Assembly (NCBI RefSeq): GCF_009914755.1
Contig: NC_060933.1
Length of the DNA stretch: 64,000 bases
DNA from: the human T2T-CHM13v2.0 reference genome, Homo sapiens
Reading direction: 5' to 3' (one strand)
Shown here: one piece after another, positions 53,440-64,000 of the stretch
Layout: every line of letters starts with the position of its first letter
How positions within the stretch are numbered: position 1 is the stretch's first letter
Notes under the pieces: generated by a model
What the model was told of the DNA's origin: nothing
Databases searched by the model: none
Seen by the model: only the letters and a program-made list of their open reading frames with translations
Position numbers and translations under genes: made by a program

Positions 53440-54088
53440 TGTTACAGTAGGTAGCTAGTTAGATATGAGCAGGGGAGGAGAGGGACCCCCTGCTTTTAAA
53501 ATAATAATTGGTCCCAGCCAGCACCAGGGAAAGGCAGTCTCCCAATAAACTAAAACACCTGAAACTGGTGATCGCCAGCTTTCCAATAAGATCTCAGTAG
53601 CTGGGCCAGTAGGCTCAAGCATGTGCATTAAGAGAAAAAATGGCAGAGTTTAACTGGTATATGACCTCCTAGGGACATGTGACCCGTAAGGGAATAACAC
53701 CTCAAGTGAGCATGCATACATCTCCAGAAACAGACTGCACATGCCCCTCTTCCAAGTGCTAGCAGGTCACTGCACATGCAGACAGCCCGGCCAAAGGGAA
53801 GAATCAGGAAAGAAGGAATGCAAAACCCCAAAAACATGCCAGTATATAAAACCCAAGACAAAAGGTCAAACTGTGCACTTGATCTCTGAAGTCGCCCGCT
53901 TGGCCCTCTTCCAAGTATACTTTACTTCCTTTCATTCCTGCTCTAAAGCTTTTTAATAAACTTTCACTCCTGCTCTAAAACTTGCTTTGGTCTCTCCTTC
54001 TGCACCATGCCCCTCAGTTGAATTCTTTCTTCCGTGGAGGGAAGAATTGAGGTTGTTGAAGACCCGTACAGATTTGCCACCACTAACA
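53440..54088 (+). mobile_element. Solo MER50 ERV1 LTR
   Basis: TGTTACAGTAGGTAGCTAG...CACTAACA, with tatataaa and aataaa. TSD ttgt/atgt. Inserted in the Tigger element. Confidence 0.88.
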
Positions 54089-54352
54089 ATGTAACCAGAG
54101 GCCTGCAAGAACCTAACCCTGTATTACTCCTTGGAGCAATAGTTGAGTATTCACTAATTCAGTATTCAGGGTGACTTTACAGGCCATGAATCCTGCAAAT
54201 AACAAGATGTACATATATTGGTTGTATTTAATCCTATGTAGTATTAACAATAAAATAACCTTTGTCCTTTAATCAGAGACTTGATGTTTTCCATGATTAA
54301 ATCTGTGGATTAACCGAATTGAAGCAAGTTTTACATCTGAAGAATTGTATTT

Positions 54353-54659
<307 letters not shown>

Positions 54660-55984
54660 TTATTTTTAGATTTTTGGTTGAAAAAAATAATTAAATAACT
54701 GTATAATCCTTCAGGGCTAAACCACTTATAACAAAATATTTCTAGTATTCAACTTGATAATAACAGAGCATTTCTCTGCTTCTACATTTAGTGCAATATC
54801 GCAAACATTCATGAGTACTTAATTATTATCAATTATATTGAGTTAGTACTGTAATGAGGTCTACCAGTAAAACTGGGGACAAAGGAAGGGCAATGTAAGG
54901 CTTTGTGCATTGTTAAATAGAAAAGTAAAGTCCACCACAGCTTAACTATTCAGAGGTGTCACTTGATTTTTCAGATTTCTATAGAAATAGACGATCAACC
55001 ATGATTTCTATATGCATGTTTTCCCTGTTCTGATTTTTTAAATAAATGGTTTTGTGTTTTCTAACAAGAGATCTTGATTTTCTCACTTAATCATTTATTT
55101 TGCATTATGTATTCCAGACTTTCTTATTCTTATGATTTATGAACCACACTCAAAATTAAAGCTATTTATCTGAAACATGCCCTGACTTCCAGAAAAATTA
55201 ATCATGTCTCCAGAAAGAAATCTCCTTGATACAAAGATCCCCTTTTTCTCTTGACAACTCCAGAGAGTACTGAATCAATTTTCCACACTGTGCAAAGAAT
55301 AAAGAGCAATGTGCAAGTAGAAAAACAATTTTAAACACTAGCTTTTCTGCCAATTCAGAAAAATTTTAAGAAACTCCTCATCATCAGAGGGAAACAGGCA
55401 TGTCTGAGAATATTTCCCTCCATGATAGAATTTGCCTAAATAAAATCCAAACTCATGAAAGCAGGGAATTCCTACTCTTCAAGAAGTGGTAAAGTTAGAA
55501 ACTAAGAAGAATATACGTATGTCAGTCGAAAAGTAAAATATCAATGATTTGGGGGAATATTTTCTCAACCAAATAAGGGGGAAAACAGAATTGATATCAT
55601 AATTTTTTAGCACACTATGGATAAGCATTTCTAACTCCTAGAATATGTCAGAATAGAGAAGGAACTCACCCTAAGAACATACATGTTTGTGAGCAGGTGA
55701 GAGGAATGAGGGGTAGGGAGGAAGAGTGATAAAAAAAATTTGTTAAAAAAAATTTTACCATTACTTTCAAAAATCAGATTGTTATATTCCTTATATAACA
55801 GTGGCTTGTCTACACCATGACCACCTTCAAAGACTGAATACAACAGTATATTTATAGTCATTTACTTTTGCTAAACGAGCATAGATGTATTATGTCATTC
55901 ATGATAATTGATGGGTCCATTCACAGGGATAAGTAGTTACTGTTGATAAATGGTAATATCAAACAAGAGTAGTACATTAGTGGC

Positions 55985-56641
55985 TGTATTTTTTAGGATT
56001 CACTCAGAGACACTGACTACTAGGCCTGACCCAGTAGACTACAAGGAGGGATTAAACCTTATATGATCGTGGGAGCTGGTTAAGCAGTCTGTGTCACTCT
56101 GCTGCACCTGAGTGTGGTACAAGGGCTGAGGTAGCAGGGCTGGCAGTTGGGAATAGACATGATGTGAGAAAAAGTAAGAATACAATAGTACAAAATAGAA
56201 CCCACAGGAATAAATGAACCTATGAAAATATAACTGAAACCCACACCTTTCTCTGGAATAGAAATCAGTCACTAGTCACCTGCAGGTCTTCAACTTGAAT
56301 GATGCAGGTAACCGACAGAGAAGTTGGCACTGTCCATCATGGAACTGCACAGGAACCTAGCCTAGGACTGTGCAAAGCAGAAGTAGGAGATCTGTAGTTA
56401 CTTCAGGGGCTGCAGGTCCGGCTGCCAACAATGGGAGCTGGCACATCCTCAACACTTTGTTTGAGATGCAGCATCATCTAACCCTACACTGACCTTGTGT
56501 AAGAGAACATGATACTGCTTCCATTTTATGTTGCAAATTTGGGGAAAGTTTCTCATATTTCACCTAGATTTATGTAAGGAAAAGAATCCCAGTAAATGAA
56601 TTTCCAGTTTACCTAAACTGACACAATATAAAGCCACCACA
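55985..56641 (-). mobile_element. Old MLT2-like (ERVL) LTR
   Basis: ccttatatgatcgtgggagctgg...aactgacacaatataaagccaccaca end resembles recalled MLT2E/F. Confidence 0.55.
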
Positions 56642-57267
56642 ACAGCCTCTTGGTTCCCAAATTTTATAGCGTACTATATTCAGCCTAGTTTTCCCTATAT
56701 TCACTCAATATTGTCAAGATATTATTCAAGAGACTTTGAGTCATTGTATTTCTGACTCAATAAATATTTACAGCTATTAATTATATTAAAAAGACTTTGG
56801 CTACTCTTGCTCAGCCACTGAAAGGTAATTCCTTTCTATATAAAAAAATTTTACAAATACCACGTGTTTATATACTTTCTTTGCAAAATTAGAAGTATTT
56901 AAATACATAGTTAGGGATCTTCTTTTTCACTTTAAAATTATGTTTTAGTAACTATTTTTCCATAAAAAATAATTTGAAAACACGGCTTAATACTCTCCAT
57001 TTTATTTCATAATTATGTAGCATTGTTTTCTTAACAAATTCTAGAAACTTAGAGGATTTTCAATGTTTAACATTATAATCAATTATGTCATGAATAGATT
57101 TTTGCACAGATATGCACAAGTATGAATCTTTAATTATTACCTTAAAATACATTTCTAAATGTTGAATTACTGGACTAAACAGTCTTGAAAATATTATGTT
57201 TGTCACACTTGATAAGTGTTTTAGAGGGTCTTGTTAAGTGTTTCTCTTGATAAATATAATCACGTTG

Positions 57268-57545
57268 TTCCCGGAAAGGACTGTCTACACAAAGTGACTC
57301 CTGAATGCCAAAGGAGTCAAGAAAGCAAAGAACGAGACAGACAAATCCAGTTTGTTGGTGTTGAGTGACTTATGAAGGGGAAATTACAGACAGAAACATG
57401 TTCTCAGGTAGCTGCAAGACAGATAGATCTCTGTACCACAAACCCCCAGGCCAGGGTTTATATCTTGAGTGAAAAAGTATCCATGCTCTGGAAAGAATGT
57501 GTAGGTGGCTGAGAGAATGATACAGGTGTCAAAAGTTCTGAACTT
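57268..57545 (-). mobile_element. Truncated LTR fragment (subfamily uncertain)
   Basis: tgttcccggaaagg start with an antisense TATA-like ggtttatat. LTR-like by recall only. Confidence 0.45.
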
Positions 57546-57686
57546 CTTCTTCTGATTTTCCTCCATACTTAGAAAAACTTTGTTCAAACTTAGACAAATT
57601 ACAAATAAAAGGAAAGTAGGAAGGAGAAAAAAATCGGTATTTCTTTGTAACTATATATTCTTATTTTTAAATTCAATATTCTGAAA

Positions 57687-57867
57687 CAACAGTGGGAGCT
57701 GGTACATCCTCAACCCTTTGTGAGAGCTGCAGCATCATCTAACCCTACACTGACCTCGTGTAAGAGAACATGATACTGTTTCCATTTTATGTTGCAAATT
57801 TGGGGAAAGTTTCTCATATTTCACCTAGATTTATGTAAGGAAAAGAATCCCAGTAAATGACCTTCCA
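57687..57867 (+). repeat. 181-bp direct duplicate of 56426-56606
   Basis: About 10 substitutions and no indels by hand alignment. Offset 1261 bp. Confidence 0.95.
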
Positions 57868-58859
57868 TATGGAAGCTGGCTGTTAGATTCAAGGGCTAAA
57901 GTAGGAAACACAAACTTCTTCACCTTCATTATTCAGGTGCTCAGGGGTTAATCCATGTCATGAGACGCAACAGGCATAGCAACAGCTGTTTTACTTATTC
58001 CCAAGTGATCAGGATTACAGTTAGTGAAACTTACTTTCAGATTCTGAAAACATTTTAAAATTCATCTATTTGTTTCTCTGTATTTTACAGGTTTTGGAGT
58101 AAGTTGAGAGAATCTCAGTCAAAATCTTAGTAGTTTGATTGAACTACTAATCAAATTCTGTGTAAGTACTACTAGCTACTTCCATTTTAATACCTCATAA
58201 ATGTGCCCATTTATTTCTTACACTGACAGGCCATAGGAAATCTCTAAACAATGGTTTACAAGCTGCATTATGTAAAGGAGCTAGAATAAAGCAATAAAAA
58301 CAAATTTAGATGCTACAATTTCTGCTAAGGTCAGGGTGCCCTTTTAAAAATAACGCATGTATTTAGTATCAAATTAGTATACATTTATTGTAGAAAATCT
58401 CTAAAAAGACAAAAAAACTAAAGAAATCACTCAAAATTCCACTTTCCAACAAAAGTATACTTGAAATATCTCTTTCAAGTGTTTTTATTTGCACATTTTA
58501 CATAGCCATGCACCTACACATACAAATACTGATAAAATATATTTTTATTATAAAAGGACATGCAAACCTGAGAAAATTTAGAAATATCAACAAATTTAAA
58601 GCAAGCAGTTTTCAATTTTATATGCATTTATAGATATATGTATCACAGATCAGCCTTCTACACAGTTCATATTAAATCTTATTCTATTCTTTATGTGTTT
58701 TCTCCTTATCCAGTGTAAATTTTATACTAACTCATTCGCTAATATTCTGAAACTTTTGTCTCATAATTACACTAACTCATTTGCTAATATTCTAAAATTC
58801 TTGTCCCTCTGTTTGTTGTTGTTACCTCCATTTAATTATGTGCAAGTCTCTTGTATATT

Positions 58860-59450
58860 TGAAGACTAAGTCCTCCTTTTCATTTCCATCCCAGTTACTA
58901 GCCTGTCTTGCTTCTTACTATTATAGCCAGATTTCTAGAAGTGTCACACTTACACTATTCCCTCTCCCTCTATTCTTCCTCAACTTATTGCAGTTTATTT
59001 CTAACTCTTTAAGAGATCACCAGAACTTCTCACCCAGAAGTTACCAGGGAGTTCACGTTCATAAGGGCAGTGAATATTTCTCTGTACAATCTTACATTAA
59101 CTGTCAGTGGCCTCTACTATGCCCTCCTTCTTTATCAGTGGCTTTCAAGAAGCTAACCATGTCCTTCTTAAGACACGCTTCTGCTCTAGCCTTGGTGGAA
59201 GGACCCTGTCCTACTATTTCCTTTCTTTTTGATCACCCCTTCTCAGGCTGCTTTGCTGACTCATTAGCTTCACTTTGCTCATTTAATGTTGAGGTTTCCC
59301 AAGGCTCAACCCTAAGCTCTTTTCTCTTTACACTTATTTTTTTTTTCTTTCTGGTCAATCTCAGCCACACATTTATTTGGAAATTCCACCTCTGCACCAA
59401 TGATTCCCATATGTTTATAGTCCACCTGAACCCACCATGTCTTGTATTCA
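58860..59450 (+). mobile_element. L2 ORF2 (reverse transcriptase) relic
   Basis: The frame gives NVEVSQGSTLSSFLFTL (cf. GVPQGSVLGPLLFSL) and FHLCTNDSHMF (cf. YHLYADDSQIY). Confidence 0.75.
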
Positions 59451-59544
59451 CCCAGTTGAATTTTTTACTGGGAAAGGAATAAGGTGGTTGGTTGTGAGAG
59501 CCTTGTTTTACAATTCAAAAAGATTCCTTCCCATGCAGTCATAA

Positions 59545-60259
59545 GACAGAGCTAAATCATGCCCTTTGTAGCAACATGGATATAGCTAGAGGCCATTATC
59601 CTAAGGGAGTTATTAGGAATAAAACACCAAATACTTCATGCTCTCACTTATAAGTGGGAGCTAAATATCGAGTACTTATGAACACAAAGACAACAACAAT
59701 GGAGACCACTAGACAGGTATATCAGTTGATTCTCAAAGTGCTATAAAGAAATACCTGAAACTGGGTAATTCATAAAGAAAAGAGGTTTAATTGGCTTATG
59801 GTTTCACAGGCTGTGCAGAAAGCATGGCTGGGATGGCCTCAGGAAACTTTCAGTCACAGTGGAATGGGAAGTAGGCACGTCTTATATGGCCGTAGCAAGA
59901 GGAAGAGAGTGAAGTGGGAGGTGCTTTGCACTTTTAAACAACCAGATCTCATGAGAATTAACTATCATGAGAACAGCAAGGGGGAAATCTGTCCCCATGA
60001 ACCAATCATCTCCCCCAGGCCCCTCTTGCAACATTGGGGATTACATGAGATTTGGGTGGGGACACAAATCCAAACCACATCAACAAGAAAGGGAGGAAGT
60101 GGGGTAAGAGTTGAAAAACTAACTATTGGGTACTATGCTTACTACCTGGGTGATGGGATCAATGGTACCCCAAAGCTTAGCATCATGCAATATATCCGTG
60201 TCACAAGCCTGCACATGTACCTCCTGAATCTAAAATAAAAATTGAAATTTAAAAAAAAA
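59545..60259 (+). mobile_element. L1PB-like 3' end, split by MSTA
   Basis: gcaacatggatatagctagaggccattatcctaag...ctcacttataagtgggagctaaa...ctgcacatgtacctcctgaatctaaaataaaa plus poly-A. Confidence 0.85.
59718..60082 (-). mobile_element. MSTA-like MaLR LTR
   Basis: Ends gacacaaatccaaaccacatca. TSD acagg/acaag. Confidence 0.9.
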
Positions 60260-63200
60260 GATTATCGGTATTCTATTCCCTTGGAACACAGTGTTCTTCA
60301 TATTCTAAACTCCTGAGTTTTCTGTCAACTTTTTTTCTCCTTGAGCATGTTTTCAAGTTTTTGTTTGTTATTTTTTTCCAAGAATTTAAAGCTGGTATAT
60401 TTTGGAGCACTTACATATGTGAGCATGTATTTCATATGCCATCAAAAATGAAAGAAAAATTTTAACCTGCAATTTTTTTTCTTTCTGAGATGCTCAGATA
60501 AATTTCCTTAATCTTATAATTTAATATTTTTGAAGGTTTAATGCTAGATGTGATACAAATAACAAATGACTGAAAAGAATTCATTGAGTTAACTCATTAC
60601 TTTCTTCCCTGAGGTAGCAACTTGACTGTTGCTGAAAAGGCAATAGTAGAGTCCTCATGAAACTTGCCCCTACCCCCCATTTTACCTTCGTGCAGATATC
60701 TGAGAGTTACAAAGGGTACTGAAAACTTCATTGAGAAGTAGTTCTATAATGATGCCTAAGCGCAGGCCTAATTATAGAAATATGAAAGTCTTTATGGAAC
60801 ATAGAAGTTCATAACACAGCAGTTTTCTAACATCAAATCATTTTTGAAATGGTTTACTAGTAAGAAATGCCAGGACAAACTTTAGCTACAAAGAAGCAGT
60901 GTTTCTTAGACCGTTATCATCCCCCCACCCCATGAAAAACAAAAAAACTGATCATTAAAGTTAATCCTTGGTATAAGGATTCTGAAAAAGCAAAAGAATG
61001 TAAACGGTGAAGCAATTCCCTGTTGAACTCAGCCTTTGCTTTCTTCCACCCATTTTATGACACTGAATCACTGAACTGCTAAACTTGAATTTGATCATCT
61101 ATATCTCCATATTAAAATCTTTGAGGAAGACACTAATATTATTCTAGTCAAAAACAAGTTTTCTAAGAAAATAATGTGAAAATATTTTGAAGAATATGGC
61201 AGACATATATCAACTTTTCTCTTCAAACAATAACGTGTTACTAGAAAACCCAAACATAGGAATATGTGAAAAGAATTCCTAGATAGAATCAAACTATGGA
61301 AAAAAATGATTAAACTTAAAAAGAAGTAAGAGTGTATTATTGAAAAATATTATTGAAAAGAGATATCAGACTTAAACAGTATTTGTTTTATGTTCTCAGA
61401 GATTTTAACTAAACACTATACTCAAGATCAAGGGAGAGTACATATCCATATTTATGTCTATGTATACCTATATCTGCACCTCTAACTAACCTATTTATGT
61501 ATGTGTACTTCTCCCTCTCCTCTCTCTCTCTGACTCTCATTATATATCTAAAAAGTTAAGAAAAGAATTTTAGAAAACCAAAATAAGGTGGCATCAGAGA
61601 AAGGAATTCTTCAGATTTAAGGCTACTGTCTTAAAATCTGCACAGAAGAGAAATAGAGCATGGCATACCAAGTGAAACAACAGGGACAAAACATGGAAAC
61701 AGGACTAAGATCCCTGGATTTTGACTCTAAATGGTTCTTTTGAAGTAACCACTGATCTTTTTGGATTACCATATTAACAGAATAGATGAAGATAGATTTG
61801 ACTTTGTGCTTTTTAAAATGGAAAATAAAATTTTACAGAACAAAGAAACAATAGCTCAAATCTGTTTGATTTAACATATTTTCTAAAATAACACCATGAA
61901 ATGGACACTTTTAAAAAATGTGATTAACATCACAATCATTATAGAGGGGATGTACAACAGAAAGTGTAAAAATAATTAAGTAAATCTTAAGATATTATAA
62001 ACAAAGGACAAAGAAGTAAACTCATTTAAAGAGAGTAGTTACAAAATTTAGACAATGAATGTTCATTACTTGGATAAAAAGTGTGGAATAAGTGAATAAA
62101 TAGGAAGTCATTTAGAAATTGCAGTAATACAACCCTTTTCTAGGCTGAAGGCTGGAGTCTCTACATCACAGACACTTGCAAATTTTTATGAGCAACTGAC
62201 ATGTGGAAGAACATTTTTTCCTCTTTTGGTTTGCTTTTTGGTATTTTAAAAGTAAAGAATCTTATAAACACCGATGATTTTCAAAATCTATTAATAATAA
62301 TCAATGTTATCTACAAAGATAAATAGAATTATTATTATCTATAATATTGAATCTCAGCAGATAAATGAGCAATAACTAGAAAGTTTTGTATTAAACTAAA
62401 TGGGCCTACAGTCTCTAATGATCCAATCTCTCTTTTACTTATCAAGGCAACTGAAAGGCCTTCTCAGATATGCAAGTACTCAAAGAGATGCCAGCCACAA
62501 TTATTTTCTAAACTTTTGTGACAAGAAAATACTGTTAAAATATATCTACATGATTTCACATTATATGCGTGTTTCTACCAAACCAAGGCTTCCTCCTGAG
62601 AAGATGAAAATGGAAGTTTGGGGCGATGAGCAAAATCTAGAATTGAGTGGAAATGAGGTTGATTGGGCAGCAGGATGAGAAATCAGTCGGGGGCTGCATA
62701 ATTCCTTGTTGTGCAAGCTGTGTAATTTTATACTTTGTCAACTTTTCCACATCTCAATTTGCATTAGTTTGAAATAAATAACTTAATGAAAACGCATATT
62801 TAATCTTTCAAAAGAAGAAAAAAACGCAACATTTATTTTTATTTGTCTATCCAAATATCACAGACTTTTCAGTGGCTAGAATTCAAATGAATATTTTAAG
62901 TAAAGGAAACTGCAAATCTTTCAATCAATATGAGTTCTTAAGATCTTTAAGATAAGGAGTGTGGTTTCCAGAATTGGTGATGTGCACTTATGTTGCACTT
63001 GCAAAAAAGTAACTCATTTTCTTCCAAGATGTTGAATGAGCTTCTACTTTATGCAATAATATTTCTGCTGTGTCCCTGACACATTCACTGGAGACATTTG
63101 TTGGAGAAGTGGCTATCAGAACATTTGAGTTGTGTGCGTATGTATTTGCTGTTTTATCGCATTATGTATTTTAACCTTTCTTAGTTAAAAAGTTTTCTGA

Positions 63201-63439
63201 GATATAATGCTTCATATGTTATTTATATTGTTAATGATACTACCACTAACATTTTCTTTATTATTTTTCTTTCCATGTAATGTTTTGAAAGCCATCTCTG
63301 AACTTAAAATTTAAAATATACCCATGTTCTCTTCTATTTCTTTTAATGTTTAATGCTAATATTTAATTTTTCATACAATCCTATTGTAGATAAACTATTT
63401 TCCGAGACAAACAACTATAATATAATAGCAAGTATATTT

Positions 63440-63660
63440 AATACTTACTCATCATTTGCTCTGTTTAAAAGCTTTGCATGAATTATCTCATTCAAGCATG
63501 TCTTAAGTGATTATTATTATTAGCCCTATTTTACAAACAATATTCTGTGGCTTAGAAAGGTTAAGTAATTACCCAAAGCCACAATGAAAGAGAGTTTGAG
63601 TTAAAACCTTACCAAAAACTTTTCGCGTATTCCTGTCATTTTTTAATCCCTAACTTCTTT
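63440..63660 (-). mobile_element. MIR
   Basis: attatctcattcaa...attagccctattttacaaa...ggcttagaaaggttaagtaattacccaaagccaca. Confidence 0.65.
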
Positions 63661-63847
63661 AACACTCATTTATTAACAGATTTTGGCATTTTATTTACAA
63701 CTATATTTACTTAAATAATTCAAAATGTCAAGATAATGACTACATTTTTTCTTTACAATTACAAAATGATATTTAGGTAACAAAACAGCAATAATTGAAT
63801 AAATTGTGTCAAAGACAACTAAAAATGTAAAATAAAATCTCCACATA

Positions 63848-64000
63848 TGTATTAGTCCATTTTCATACTGCTAAATACCTGAGACTGAGTAATTTATAAA
63901 GAAAAAGAGGTTTAATGGACTCACAGTTCCACCTGGCTGTGAGGCCTCACAATCATGGCAGAAGGCAAAGGAGAAAAAAAAAGCACATTTTACATGGTGG
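63848..64000 (-). mobile_element. THE1 (B/C-like) LTR, cut by the window edge
   Basis: tgtattagtccattttcatactgct...ggactcacagttccac...gcctcacaatcatggcagaaggcaaagg. Confidence 0.92.

Larger units (their letters stand above)
52524..54209 (+). mobile_element. Tigger6/MER82-family DNA transposon, split by MER50
   Basis: MER82-like ends (ctcattatt...ggattccatatttg; gaacctaaccctgtatt...ggagcaatagttgagtattcactaattcag) with TA flanks and extra transposase coding sequence. Confidence 0.8.

Noticed and set aside
59798-60238. 146-aa ORF
   Set aside because: It reads through an antisense MSTA LTR into an L1PB 3' UTR, both non-coding repeat sequence.

Overview
This is AT-rich primate (human-like) genomic DNA, intergenic or deep-intronic. 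I see no credible protein-coding exon, CpG island, rRNA gene or intact tRNA gene. The recognisable ORFs in the track lie in Alu, L1, L2, LTR, Tigger or low-complexity sequence; the rest are short and resemble no protein I know. Transposable elements dominate. There are 9 Alus, many old L1M/L1P and L2/MIR fragments, and 7 THE1/MST MaLR LTRs. Solo ERV1 LTRs include an LTR27/28-like copy, LTR7 (HERV-H), an LTR2B-like copy and MER50. There is a complete two-LTR non-coding MER41A provirus (45950-52040, minus strand) and several DNA transposon relics (MER33, MER63, MER2, Tigger6/MER82-like). The most notable structure is a set of locally templated rearrangements: (1) a ~620-650 bp near-perfect inverted repeat around a 1.26 kb spacer, next to a 1.1 kb TA-rich tract (candidate polymorphic inversion); (2) a snap-back repair scar carrying an inverted 49-bp copy of nearby L1 sequence; (3) a 58-bp inverted copy of the neighbouring MER41A LTR end flanked by a perfect 23-bp duplication; (4) a 181-bp non-tandem direct duplication; (5) a hairpin-bounded L1 inversion; (6) a micro-inversion inside an Alu. 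Inside the provirus are a triplicated LTR-end/PBS/splice-donor unit and a tRNA-Glu-like relic. Subfamily names come from recalled consensus sequences and were not verified by search. Boundaries of old elements are approximate.
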